A stretch of 64,000 nucleotides of DNA from Macrostomum hystrix. Lineage: Eukaryota > Animalia > Platyhelminthes. The DNA is taken from NCBI GenBank assembly GCA_950097015.1, contig CATNEN010000031.1:310001-374000 (forward strand). Direction: 5' to 3'. Numbering within the stretch: position 1 is the stretch's first letter; every line of letters begins with the position of its first letter. The position numbers were made by a program, and so were the translations under genes. Positions 44,301-57,440 of the stretch are shown one piece after another. The notes beneath the pieces were generated by a model. That model was not told where the DNA came from. It worked only from the letters and a program-made list of their open reading frames with translations, and made no database searches.

Positions 44301-46327
44301 TGAGATGCCAATAGATCAAATGCTAACGCGTCTAATACGTTTAGTAGGCAAAAGCACAGGAAAAGAAACTCAACAGGATATTTCAAATTACCTTGTGCTT
44401 TGACTGCACCAGGCAGCGAAGCATCGGCACAGCGCCAAGTCGCGTTAGCAGCCTCTGATCAGCCAGGTGATTCGAGGACAAATTCCACAGGATGCCGCAT
44501 GCGTTAGCTACCACAGTTAGTGAGGCCGAGCGCAGCTGGGTTAGCAGGACGGGAAATGCAGGCCGGACAGCAGCGCGGAGGTCCTCGCGCACGGCCACAA
44601 CGGAGCTGATGTTGCGAAGGACGCCGCCGCCAGTCTCAGCCAGGCTGTGATTGCAGGTCAGGCAGGCGCACAGCAGGCCGAGGGAGCCGGGAACTGCGCA
44701 GATGGCCTCCTTATTGGCCGTGGAGTGAGCGGACAGGTTCCACAGGGCTGACAGCAGGCTGCGGAGTGTGGACTCACGCCTCACCTGGGAATTGATTGGA
44801 GAGTCCAATAATTTGGGATCAAATTAGGAGGCAAATCTAGTGGGACATTGATCTGTTGTAAAGCGTTCTCATTCTTGATGGGTTATGGCAGTGGAATGGG
44901 AAGATTTGGAAAGGAGGAAGATACTGAGGAAGAGAAAGATTTAGAATTGAGACGGGTGCTACTAGTAGATGAGTCCAAAAAGCGGAACAGGAAGATCAGA
45001 TCAGATAGAATCAAACAAAAATTTTAATTGTTGGCCTAGGGGCTAAGTCTTGTATCCAAGGTAAACAACCGGTTGCTGTGGTAGTTAAAATAAGGCCAAG
45101 CCAGACCTGCAGCGCTGCCCTGGCCAGAACACCGGCCGCGCCAAGTCGGCCGAGCACTGCTCTGCACTCGGCATCGGCCTGCCAGCTGAGATTGCGAATC
45201 ACAGCCGCCGTGACTTGGCAGAGCTCCTCCTCGGCTGGCGGCTGTTGAACTCCCGGCGGAGATTTCAGCTGTTCTACTAGGGACCAGACGGCCGGAGCCC
45301 GTAGGCAGACCCGACGCTTGCAGGCGGCGTCGCCGTAGCTCAGGTTGGTGAGGGCGCTGGCGGCGTAGCGTCGCAGGAACTGACTACAGGGCGGCGGCCG
45401 GTACTGAGTGTGGCAGAAGTCGACAAGCAGCAAGTCTGATAGGCATTCGACTCCGCCGAGCTCGGCAATGGCCGGCCGGTCGGTGTCCGAGTAAGACAAT
45501 TCGAGCAGGACAGACAGCGAGCTGCAGCAGCGGTCGCGCAGGTCGTCCAAGACGGCGGCAGATGGTGGCGGAGAGGTCGGCGAAGTCAGCTGACCGCAGC
45601 GGCAGAGGGTGGCGCGGACAGCGTCACAGTAGACCCGCACCTGTTCCAGGTGGCACAGGATGAGCTTCTCTTTGGCGCCGGCCTCTGGACAGTCTGCGAG
45701 GTTGGCCAGGATCTGGGCCGCGCGGTCGCGAACTTGACGCGGCGGCAGATTGGCATGCGGACTGGGGCAGCGGGACTCCGGGCAGGGGTCGCGGGTCTCC
45801 GGGCCGTACAGCAGCGGCAGCACTAGGCTGTAGGGCTGGCCCTGGCGCAGGCGGCTGCAGTCGGCGGGGTTGGCGGACATCCGCAGCAGGGCTTGGCTCA
45901 ACTGATCGGGATCGTCAGCTTGAGGTTCGCCAGCGATTCCGAAGCCAGCGCCGTCTAGAGAGTCGAGATCGTCGAGATCGGTGAGGGCGCATGTTGAAGT
46001 AACAGTTGAATCGTCCAGGTGCTGCGGCTGCTGCTGCTGCTGTCTGCGACGGTGCTGCTGACCAGATCGCGAGGCGGCGCTGCCACCGCCGCCGCCGGCG
46101 ATGCTGGCAGCCGGACTGGCCGGGCTGTTCAAAGGAGGCGGCTGGCGAATGCCGACGCCAGCCGCGGCTGCAGCTACCTCGTCAGCGGCGTAGACGCTGG
46201 CCAGCCAGGCAGACAGCTGTGCGGATGCGCGCGACGCGGATGCGGCGGCCGATGTCGCCGATGATACCGACGGTCTGCCTTGATGTCGCTGCTGCTGCAG
46301 AGTCTGCGTAGCCTGAGTAACTGGCAT
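39384..46327 (-). CDS. APC: Adenomatous polyposis coli homolog, 5 coding exons, ~2110 aa
   Basis: Exons 46327-45107, 44784-44392, 44299-42740, 42645-40677 and 40582-39384 (6342 nt, phases compatible). APC N-terminal conserved block (LSQALLRMSANPADC; LEQVRVYC) and armadillo repeats (RRYAASALTNLSYGD; ESTLRSLLSALWNLSAHS; VANACGILWNLS; SKHKVI). Two 20-aa repeats (PTVFHVEHTP; TYKTEDTPAHFS) and two SAMP repeats (ILQDCIRSGMP; LLEACISSAMPKK). The last exon is less certain. Confidence 0.92.
39620..40335 (-). repeat. 48-bp coding minisatellite, 15 copies, encoding (QQKQLPQRQQKQ[D/E]LPE)n in the APC last exon
   Basis: Stop-free in the APC frame and flanked by Gln-rich non-repeat coding sequence. Confidence 0.85.
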
Positions 46328-49300
46328 TCTCTGCGCTTGAAGAACTTGCAGCCTAAGATTAGGAAATAAGAAACAAACGTTTTGTCGGTACACTGTCAAA
46401 CTATTTTAAGTAGCATGATGCGTATAGTATTTCATTTATTGAAATATCAATATTGTTTAACAAAGAAAATACTAAGAAAAACGCAGAAAAGGCCAATAAC
46501 TGATCAGTTAAATAGGCTATTACGCCAGGCAGGCGTGGCACAGCTCTAATCCATGAGATCGATCAGTTAAGAAAAAAAAGTTTAACCCTAAAGAAACGCT
46601 ATCAGAATAAGACGAAGGAGGGCGCTTGTGCTTTCAGTAATAATAAGCTATAACTAAACCCGCTGGGCTCTGCAGAGATTCGAGACAAAATTGAGTGCCG
46701 GTCAATTGAGTGCCACGCCAGCCATCGGCGGAAAGGAAATTGAGTTTTTCTTAGGGGCTGTGATGGTCAGAGGGCTACGAAAGAATTCAGTTATCCGGCA
46801 GCTAAGATGCAGGGCCTGTAGAAATCAATCGATGCTTTGTGAGCACTTGCATAACACAGTGAGTGTATCAACTTTATCTGATGATACACGTCCTGTACTG
46901 GAGCCAAAAGCACAATATTTATTTAACAATCGGGTCTAGGCTGCGAATTTGCAATTGCGACCATTCGATACTGTTGATTTGGTGAGCTGGTTTGCGAAAT
47001 TTTGCGCTCCATCAGTCAAGTGTTTGATGAAATTTAACTGGAGAAGGAACTGATGCGATGAGTCACGCTGCTTTAATCTGTCATTTTCAGCCTCTGATTG
47101 ACTTGCGAATGAAGCAATGTAGAGCATAGGAAAACTGTCGTTCATTCCTTCATTCATAAACATTTGTTTATCTGATTTCTATGGACAATTCATAGAAAAA
47201 AACTGTTCAGTTGGTCGGCGCTGGGTTTTCAGTGGCCAATTTTCTTAATGAAGAAATCTGTTAGTTAAAATAGGCACGCACCGAGGCGCGGACAAAGTAC
47301 TGGTGGGATTGATTAAGCCTTCGGTTTCTCTTGCTTTCGGTATATTTTCATGTCATGTGAAGCATTCCACTTGATGATTCGGTGGGCCGCCAATTAATCA
47401 AAACTGTCATTGTGCATCAGGTCTATTGTGCAGTGTTCAGATTGTGACCAAACAATTGGCTGGATTGTTATGAGCAATGGATGAATGCTTCCAGGCAAGC
47501 ACACAGCATCGTGAGTGGTCATAAGTGGCATCCGGTTACACACTGTAGGATTGAAGTCGGTGTTGGTTTACCAGCTGTGTGGGCTTTTCAATAGGCACTT
47601 TTTCCGTTTTTTTCGCTTTTCGAGGAAAAGTGAAAATTTGGTGTGCACTTTCATTGCATCTTTAACTTGGAATCATTTCACTAGCGATTAACATGCTGGT
47701 AGGGACGCATTTTATCCCCCTAAAATTTAACTATATATTCCCTAAAAATCGTGTTCCGAAACTTTTTTAAAAGCCCCAGACATCACTTTGCGCATCTCTG
47801 GTTGATAAAGAACTCCATTTGCTTTTGAGCATCCAATCAAAGTCCATAGTGAAAGATTTAATCGGAGATGAATCCATTGCGTACAAAAGGCTAGATTAAT
47901 AATCGGTTGCTAAGGAGGGTGATGCCATCCGGACCAGGGGCTAACAATTCGGAGCTCAATTGAGCACAACCCCGACCCCGTCCATCAGCTTCATCGGCGC
48001 AGCCCTGAATAGAATCAGCGCAATCTGCTCGCAGAATCAATTGAACCAGCAGCTGCTAGTTCGACATCGAAGCCTATTATTATTGAACTGAGCCAGCAGG
48101 ACCTGCCCGCTATTGTTCCGCTTGTGCGCACGCCTTTCTGCCAGTCCCACATCCTAGCATTCCCTGCCAGGAGGTAAGGAGGTAAAGGCAGGGGGGGAGG
48201 ATTGAATTGACAGAGATACTCAATCTGGGGTTAGCAACAGATTTTGGTTGCTAAGTCAACACCGATCATCTACGCTCGTACGAGAGAAGGCAGGCACAAT
48301 GGTTTTAAAAAAAATGTCTAAAATGAAATTGTTCGGATATTTAGTGCTTCCCAGATCAGTCATTATTCTCCCTCAGCCACATTCGGGTTGGGCGGGGAAG
48401 ATTTCTAGAAAACAATAATATATCCCAAAACAAAAATCTGAAATGTCAAACTAGACGATGGAAGTTTGTGGTTCGAACGGCCAGCCGCACCAGCTGCCGT
48501 TAGCTTTAGCAGAAAAAATACACACAGAGACATAGATCGATTCATCAGAGAGCAGCTGACTGTGATTAAGATCGCTGCTTGCCATTGTCCTAAAATGCAA
48601 TTCTTGCTGGCCTACTGGGATTTGAAAAACCCATCACAATGCTGATGTGTGTGGAGTCCCAACAGCTGATCATTTTCTCGGTTAAATACTGAAAAGTTCA
48701 TCAATCAATCAAATCTGCTGAACTGATAGCCATGGACCATAAAGTTCAATGATTTATAAACATTTGCCCAGCTAATAATAACGCAGAGCAGCTCATTTCA
48801 GTGCAGCGGCACTAGGAAATTGGAGGGGCCAGACTAAGGATTGCTAGACTCTGGAGGGGTGAGGAAAATTACAACGCACGACTGCGAACTATACAGCTAT
48901 AATACTATATTATGAAGACCTCAGGAGTGGGCGGCTTATTTCTGGGCTTTGAGCAATTGCGAGAATGGAATTGGGGTAGATGAGCAGTTAAGGCTGTTGG
49001 CTAGACCAAACTGCACCGCCGCATTTGGGCAGACTGCAGACGAGGGACTCCGGCGCGTCTGGCGTTCCCAAAATTTCCCCGGCTCACACAAACACTGCGC
49101 ACAAAAGCGGAGGCAATTCGCAATGTACTTTTCCTTCTAGCCGCAGCAGCAGCAGTAATGCAGCACTCGGGTGTACACTCGCGCATGCATAATAGCCTCA
49201 GTCAGTCAGAGGCGGCAGCAGAGGGGGTGGTTGGGCACCGATCTCTATGAGTTGCCTTATCCAGTCATCGTGTAGAAATTAGAGGAAAGGCGGATAGACA

Positions 49301-50477
49301 AAATAGGGCAGAAGCGATGATCAGTTCGTAGTCCTTCTCCCCATCCAGCTCTTTCATAGTCAGCTCCAGAGGGTCCCGCATGTCAACCAGCCCAAGCAGA
49401 AAGCTTGGACGAATTCAATTTCAGGCCAAGCGCTAATAAGCACGCGCTCACACACTAGGCCCGCCCATTATATAATAGCGCAGTATAATAGTTGTATTTA
49501 GATATTCTATACAGAAATCAACTGGCAGCCAACTGTCAGTCAGGAGTAGACAGCTATCTGTTGAGCTGATCAATGAGATCTGACATAGGAACGATAGGAA
49601 GGGGCCGCCATTGTCAGCCTGGAACTGCTCTTCAAATATACTGCCCGGGTGCAGCTGGCATATTTCTAGATTAGGTAGGCAATTTCCATCCAACTTGTTG
49701 CTAGGCAGGTGCGGCGGTCTCCTCACACACACACACAGAGAGAGAGAGAGCCACCCAGAAGCAATTTAATTTCGCGTTCTAGAAGACAACATCACAGTCA
49801 CATAGCCAGTGCGACTTTTTTCCAAATTCGCAAAAAAACAAATCCCAAAAATTCACCTGCGACTGGAAGGGATAAAGTGGCTCAGAAGAGGCACTCAGTG
49901 CACTCGTATATGTAGCGGCACACAGCATTGACTTAAAATAAGCCAATTGAAAGCAAAAATATATAGCTTATTCGCATACGGCCTCTTGTGGAGCAAGATC
50001 TTCCTCATCGAATGGGGGTACTTGAAAATGCACCTGGCTGTCTGACTAGCTGACTGCTCAAGAAGCTCGATTCCACACAGATTGCGCTATGATATGCGAC
50101 ATACGCACACAGACAGAATATACACAAAACCAACCACTGTTGACAAGCAAAACAAATGCGTAAGCAGACCAGCTAGCAGCCCAGACTAGCCCACACCCAA
50201 GATCTGGCCAAAGCTGGTCTGAATAAGAGACATGGCAAAGCGAAATTTGGAATCTAGCTCGTAACTGCCAATAGGCCATGGCCATGGAAAGTGCCGTTGT
50301 GAGATTGCATTGAGCTCGTGCCTATAAATGCCTCCACATCATACCGATACCTCAGCCAAGCAACAAAACAATGTATGGAAATAGTAAATAGAAGATGGAC
50401 GAAATAGGGGGGCCCACAGCAAGGGAGAAACTATAAGGCGAATAAGACGCAGGAAAGCTAGTAACTGCGAATGGAGG

Positions 50478-50765
50478 TTAGAAAGATCCGGTAGAAGAGG
50501 ATGAGGCAGGGGTAGAAAGATACGGTAGAAGAGGATAAGGCAGGGGTAGAAAGATACGGTAGTAGAGGATGAGGCAGGGGTAGAAAGATACGGTATGAAG
50601 AGAACAAGGCATGGGGTAGAAAGATACGGTTAGAAAAAGATAATGCAGGGTAGAAAGATACGGTAGAAAGGAAATAGGGCGGGGGTAGAAAGACAGAAAG
50701 AAACAAAGTGCATGAATAAAAGGTAGAAAGATAAATAACGGAGAAGTAGAAAGTGCAGGGTAGAA
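50478..50765. repeat. Degenerate ~31-bp purine-rich tandem repeat
   Basis: Recurring core ggggtagaaagatacggta. Confidence 0.75.
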
Positions 50766-51585
50766 AGTCACATGGATGGGAGGAAAGGCAAGGGACAGAC
50801 AGCAGAAATTATAAAAAAAGAAGAGGTAAGGTTAGTAATCAGAGAGACACAGAGCCAGAAGTACAAGTCCCGGGTGATGTAAAAGCAGCGTAAAAGCCAA
50901 ATGAAGTCAATAGGCTAGTACTAATGACAGCAGTCAGCAAGATTCAGCATGGGCTACAGTGGCGCTCTTGTAGAGAAGCGTGGAAAGTAAGAAAAGGCCA
51001 GACGGAGCAGCCACCCGATCCTACGCTTTATGACTCCGCCGCGTGGCAGCCGGTCCGGGGCCAGTCCGACCCCCACCCCACCTGGACAGCGGCGCACACA
51101 GACGTAGAAAATGTGCGCCCGCCTGTGCTAAATCCGAGAGGATAGCAAAAAAAGAATTTTAGGCGAACAAAAATTACGCGCGCTGTGGGGGTTGGGAGAA
51201 GGATCTGCGTCCCAGAATAAGCGGCGATCCGTTAAAGGAACTTACTACACTATTTACCAGCTGGGGGCATTAAACAATTACGCTTGAGAGCGGCAGAGGA
51301 AGAGGGGAGAGTGCAGCTGAACTTCTGCGACTGCGCTACTGTCAAATTACATTTTATTGCAACTTCTACGCTAGTGCCCGCCAAATAGAGCCGCGAGAAT
51401 AGAAAGTTTCTAAGAAACCGCTGCTCCGTCACCGCTGCTCCGCCGGTATTCCCCAATACATGCTCAATTTTTTTAGAAGCGTTATAGTTACTTTAGATGA
51501 AATTCTACAAAGTGAAATAGACTCCTTAGAGGTGTCTTCTAATCGTAATGAGAATACTCACGTCGTCTAGAACTAGTGACTGCTG

Positions 51586-52160
51586 CTTTTGAGTCTCTAG
51601 ACAAGCTTTTGAGTCTCTGGAGAAGCTTTTGAGTCTCTGGAGAAGCTTTTGAGTCTCTGGAGATGGTTTTGAGTCTCTGGAGATGCTTTTGAGTCTCTAG
51701 AGAAGCCTTTGAGTCTCTGGAGAAGCTTTTGAGTCTCTAGACAAGCTTTTGAGTCTCTGGAGAAGCTTTTGAGTCTCTGGAGATGGTTTTGAGTCTCTGG
51801 AGAAGCTTTTTGAGTCTCTGGAGATGGTTTTGAGTCTCTGGAGATGCTTTTGAGTCTCTGGAGAAGCTTTTGAGTCTCTGGAGATGCTTTTGAGTCTCTA
51901 GACAAGCTTTTGAGTCTCTGGAGAAGCTTTTGAGTCTCTAGAGAAGCTTTTGAGTCTCTGGAGAAGCTTTTGAGTCTCTAGAGAAGCTTTTGAGTCTCTG
52001 GAGATGCTTTTGAGTCTCAAGAGAAGCTTTTGAGTCTCTGGAGATGGTTTTGAGTCTCTGGAGATGCTTTTGAGTCTCTAGAGAAGCTTTTGAGTCTCTA
52101 GAGAAGCTTTTAAGTTTCTGGAGATGCTTTTGAGTCTCTAGAGAAGCTTTTGAGTTACTA
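51586..52160. repeat. 20/21-bp minisatellite, ~28 copies
   Basis: Unit gagtctctggagaagctttt(t). Confidence 0.93.
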
Positions 52161-54863
52161 GACATGAATATTTTGCGTGAAAAAAACAATGAGTGGGAAG
52201 GTTAAAAGCTGCGATCAGTTTGGCTTTTGAAAGATAGAATAAGAAACATGATGTCTTTTCAAGCATTTGAAAAGCATTTGAAATGAAAGTGCCATTAGTC
52301 TCTAATATCTCATAGCACCTCCCTGAAACAAAACCAGTCCGATATTATTTTATCGGCGATGTGTTTTTTTGTTGCAACATGTGCCAGTGCAGTGTTAATA
52401 ACCTACTCATCCACGAGTACAAGCTAGCAGGGAATCGAAATCCCCAACAGGCCAGTTGAGGTTTGGTTAGGCCGGATCGTGATATCGGCAATGGAACTGG
52501 TATCGGTGGGGAGAGGCGGGCGTATTGCGGCACTAGAAAATGAAAATGCTGAGGATAGGAAAATGGGCGGAGCAGATGGAACGAGTCGGGGAAATGAAAA
52601 ATTGTGAAGCCAGAAAAAAGGGAAATCGGGAGGGAGAGGCGTGGAGACGAGAAGTGGGACTAGAGAGCAAAGGAGGAAGGAAGAGAAAGGGAAGGGGAGG
52701 GTTGGGGCAGCGCAAAGGCGAGGAGGATAGAATAGGGCGAGAGGGCGAGAAACAGTGCATGGGTTGAGCCATACCGGATTAAGGATATTCTGGCTCGATG
52801 CCAAAATTTTGAGCTAAAAACTCGAAAAAATGAATCCAACAGATAAATCCACTCAGCATAATCGATACTTGAGAACAGTTATTGTTACTCACGTAGTTTC
52901 AATCTAGGAAAGTCTGGCAGATAGATAGGCAACGTATGATTAGCACAGTAGATGCCGATTTGTTTATTTCTGCATCACAAGATTCATGCTGTTCATTTTT
53001 AACTGTGCTTTTGTTAGCCGGTCGGTTCTCAATCGTCAACTCAAAAGAAATTGTTCGAAGTGAATATTTCACTAGTCTAGACTTGTTGAAAGTGAACAGC
53101 ACAGGCTGACTGGACTGGCCAAGAGTGTGGGCCAGCTGATTTCTGCTGCCAGGTGTGCGGTACAGCAGATAGTTCAATCCAATGCCTTGTGTACCAAGAC
53201 TTGGTGTTCGGTGGCGGTCTGTAAGTCTCTCTCTAGCCGTGACTAGCCGGGTAGCGCAGGGGTTTAAGCGCGGGGAGCAGCGGGTCGGCTTGTTATGCGA
53301 ATGGAAGCGCAGCGCACAAACTCCAGAGATTTGGATTGGGCAGCGGGGTGGAGGGCTTGCAGGCGATAGGGGGAATTGTGGGAGCCAAAATTAGCCGAAT
53401 GCGCGTAGAGAATCAGGGCAGAGGAGGGCGATGCTCCACAGTCCGAAGCCAATGACGACATGCGTGGGGCAGGTCTAAAAATAGCATCAGATGGGAACTC
53501 CAACCCGAGAAACGATGGGGAATCCACAGATGTGAGAACATTCTTTTTACTGCAAAAAATGGGAAGAATGAGACCTCTACAGAAGTCTAAAACGTTTTGT
53601 CGCCCTTAGTAACCGATAATACTGTAGTTAGTCCAAGCCGGAGCCTTAAAGTGACTGGCTCTAAAAACTAGCGATATGTTTCGAAATGAACGTAGCTAAT
53701 ATTATAATATTCTAGGAGCTTCGGTAGTTCTTTGAACTTTGATATGCGCAGCCAGATTATCCCATGGTAGCATTGGGGTACGCTAATATGAATTAGAATG
53801 GGAAAGTGGGAGAAAAGAAAGAGCGAAGGAAGGAGAGGATGATTAGCCACCGATAGATTGTCCAGAAGTCTTCCAGGAGAAGCAAGAAACTAAAGCGTGA
53901 CAGATGAAGCGTATAATTAATTAACTTACTGGCTAGGGACAAGGTACAGGGCGAAAGCAAGTGAAGGAGAGGCATGCACTAACCCAATTAGCATATTATT
54001 GCAGAAGCGCATAGCGCAAACAAATATTCATAGTCGCGTAGTACTCCGACTGTGCGAGTGCCCGACGCTGAGTCTACAGGGATATAGGGAGCAAAGGACA
54101 AAGGAAAAGGCGCAATAGAATAATAAAGGGCCTACTAGTTCAAGCAAGGACACGCAAGAACTAAATGCGCTGTGCTAAACTAGAAGCAATTTGCTCTGTT
54201 GCAAGCGTGAGAACAACAAATTATATTGTACACATGATTTAGTAAATACAGATGATTAGATTGTGCCGAGTCTACAGACATACATGCTAAACTATAAGAA
54301 GAGCTATATGCTCAGTACAAAAAGGCTTAAATATGCCAAGTGGGAGAGTAGTAAACAGAAGGTTCAATTCTATTCACAATTTGACAGCAGCGGGCTGAAG
54401 GGCCAGGCCCTGACAATTGGGAAGTCTTACTCACTTCTAGCTTTTCTCTTCTTTCTGTTTTCTCACCTCCGACTTGGCAGTCAGCTAGAGCCATAAATGA
54501 AGAAAATAAGTGAAAGGAAATTAGCCCTTCTCACAGCTCCAGTCAGCTACGGCATTCAAATCCCAATTTCGCCGCCTACCCCCAGACCCAGACCCTAGTT
54601 TTTTCCTAGTTTCGCCCGCGGCAAGCGATGACTCATCATCTGTCGCCTCTGATCGAAGTGACCGCATGCAATTCAGCCCCAACACTCGCTCCTAGCTGAG
54701 GTCAGCTGTACCCTAGCTGCTGCTGTAGGACTATTACTATTCTACTTATTATTAGCTAAGCTCGTGGGAACTACCTACAGCTTGTAAAGGACTTAGAAAG
54801 AGTGAACTTCAAAATGTAACTTTTACTTCGGGGACAATTTTGAAATCTATAAACTCAAGCTGC

Positions 54864-55245
54864 GATGCCTCGAATTAACCGGAAAGTCTCTGATTACCTG
54901 CTGTGTCTCAACAGAGCTGACCTCAGGGAAGATGTACATGGCCATCACAGGTCATGGCTTAAGGAAACTGCGGCGCACCACGTCACTTTCTGCCTTTCCT
55001 TCGTGAAAGAGCGGAGGCTGCACCTTGGCCACCCCCAGGGATCGACGAGCTGATCACTCCGGAGAGGATCCGAGAGCTGCATGCTTTCATTCGGCACACC
55101 GGCCCAGCGAACAGCGAACCTGCCTGCTGCTGCTGGCGCGGGGTTACCCCCAGGGCTGAGCCCCTTCTCTTTTATCCTGGGGTTGCGATAGGGCCTCGCG
55201 GCTTATTCGCGGCGTTTCGCCCCCGCCAGTAGTAAGTAGTAGCTA
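54864..55245 (+). mobile_element. Decayed 3' end of a non-LTR retrotransposon (I/Loa-like ORF2 C-terminus)
   Basis: Across frameshifts it reads SDYLLCLNRADLR / KMYMAITGHGL / KETAAHHVTFC...RRLHLG / ...ELHAFIRHTG. This matches the LLxLxRxxLR..TGH..ETxxHxxxxC..FIxxTG pattern of LINE C-termini, with the CxxC part missing. A short GC-rich UTR and a (TAG)n-like tail follow at ~55230-55243. Confidence 0.6.
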
Positions 55246-55809
55246 ACAACGGAAAGGAACCAGAGTCAACAGATTTGGTTAGGATCTGCGGTGAAAACTA
55301 ACCTAAAAATTCTTGAAAACACAGGCCGCACAACAGAACTAGCTAGCCTGACGGACAGGCCAGCGGGGAGGTCATGGATGGCATGCCACGCACGCACTCA
55401 GATGCTTCAGTCACTTCAAAGAAAGGGAATAGTTGAAGTTGAAGCAGCTTGAAAGCTACGGTGGTCGTTGAAGCGAGGAGGCCATGTCCCCCCTAGTCCC
55501 CGCCATCCAAAAAGTCCTGGTAACGAATTCCTAAAAAATCCTCTCGTATAGGCCTCCAAGCCTGCTTTATCGCCAGCATTGCCAGCACCGAGGACTAATC
55601 GAGCGTGCCACACATAGGAAGAGAAAAAGAGAGAAGAACAAGTCAGATAGGTGGCCAGTTCGGCCTTAGACTCCACAGCCAGCCAAGCAACAGGCGCACG
55701 CATAGATACGAGAGTTCCGAGTGCTCTGTGGGCATCCTATACTCTCATATGTCATCATGTATTCCACTGCATATTATACACCACCGACGAGTACTAATGC
55801 TTGCATTCT

Positions 55810-57440
55810 TAATTCAGTCTCTATCCAGATTTCAGTCTCTACTCTCAATTCAGTCTCTACTCTCAATTCAGTCTCTACTCCCAATTCAGTCTCTACTCTC
55901 AATTCAGTCTCTACTCTCAATTCAGTCCCTACTCTCAATTCAGTCTCTACTCTCAATTCAGTCTCTATCCAGATTTCAGTCTCTACTCTCAATTCAGTCT
56001 CTACTCTCAATTCAGTCTCTACTCTCAATTCAGTCTCTACTCTCAATTCAGTCTCTACTCTCAATTCAGTCTCTACTTCAGTCTCTACTCTCAATTCAGT
56101 CTCTACTTTCAATTCAGTCTCTACTCTCAATTCAGTCTCTACTCTCAATTCAGTCTCTACTCTCAATTCAGTCTCTACTCTCAATTCAGTCTCTACTCCC
56201 AATTCAGTCTCTACTCTCAATTCAGTCTCTACTCTCAATTCAGTCTCTACTCTCAATTCAGTCTCTACTCTCAATTCAGTCTCTACTCCCAATTCAGTCT
56301 CTACTCTCAATTCAGTCTCTACTCTCAATTCAGTCTCTACTCTCAATTCAGTCTCTACTCTCAATTCAGTCTCTACTCTCAATTCAGTCTCTACTCTCAA
56401 TTCAGTCTCTACTCTCAATTCAGTCTCTACTTCAGTCTCTACTCTCAATTCAGTCTCTACTTCAGTCTCTACTCTCAATTCAGTCTCTACTTTCAATTCA
56501 GTCTCTACTCTCAATTCAGTCTCTACTCTCAATTCAGTCTCTACTCTCAATTCAGTCTCTACTCTCAATTCAGTCTCTACTCCCAATTCAGTCTCTACTC
56601 TCAATTCAGTCTCTACTCTCAATTCAGTCTCTACTCTCAATTCAGTCTCTACTCTCAATTCAGTCTCTACTCCCAATTCAGTCTCGACTCTCAATTCAGT
56701 CTCTACTTTCAATTCAGTCTAGCTACTCTCAATTCAGTCTCTACTCTCAATTCAGTCTCTATCCAGATTTCAGTCTCTACTCTCAATTCAGTCTCTACTC
56801 TCAATTCAGTCTCTACTCTCAATTCAGTCTCTACTCTCAATTCAGTCTCTACTCTCAATTCAGTCTCTACTCTCAATTCAGTCTCTACTCTCAATTCAGT
56901 CTCTACTCCCAATTCAGTCTCTACTCTCAATTCAGTCTCTACTCTCAATTCAGTCTCTACTCTCAATTCAGTCTCTACTCTCAATTCAGTCTCTACTCTC
57001 AATTCAGTCTCTACTCTCAATTCAGTCTCTACTCTCAATTCAGTCCCTACTCTCAATTCAGTCTCTACTCTCAATTCAGTCTCTACTCTCAATTCAGTCT
57101 CTACTCTCAATTCAGTCTCTACTCTCAATTCAGTCTCTACTCTCAATTCAGTCTCTACTCTCAATTCAGTCTCTACTCCCAATTCAGTCTCTACTCTCAA
57201 TTCAGTCTCTACTCTCAATTCAGTCTCTACTCTCAATTCAGTCTCTACTCTCAATTCAGTCTCTACTCTCAATTCAGTCCCTACTCTCAATTCAGTCTCT
57301 ACTCTCAATTCAGTCTCTACTCTCAATTCAGTCTCTACTCTCAATTCAGTCTCTACTCTCAATTCAGTCTCTACTCTCAATTCAGTCTCTACTCTCAATT
57401 CAGTCTCTACTCTCAATTCAGTCTCTACTTCAGTCTATTC
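55810..57440. repeat. 18-bp minisatellite, ~90 copies
   Basis: Unit aattcagtctctactctc; source of ORFs 55605..57449, 55721..56722, 55774..56712 and 56709..57416. Confidence 0.95.

Noticed and set aside
40715-46311. Numerous plus-strand ORFs including poly-Cys runs
   Set aside because: Antisense shadows of GC-rich APC exons; poly-Cys comes from (CAG)n poly-Gln tracts.
47921-47941. Minus-strand APGPDGI, the LINE reverse-transcriptase N-terminal motif
   Set aside because: Isolated heptapeptide with no further RT motifs in frame; possibly a very old fragment but unsupported.
53120-53520. Possible CR1/L2 LINE C-terminal remnant (LVHKAL-like)
   Set aside because: Multiple stops and only a weak motif match.
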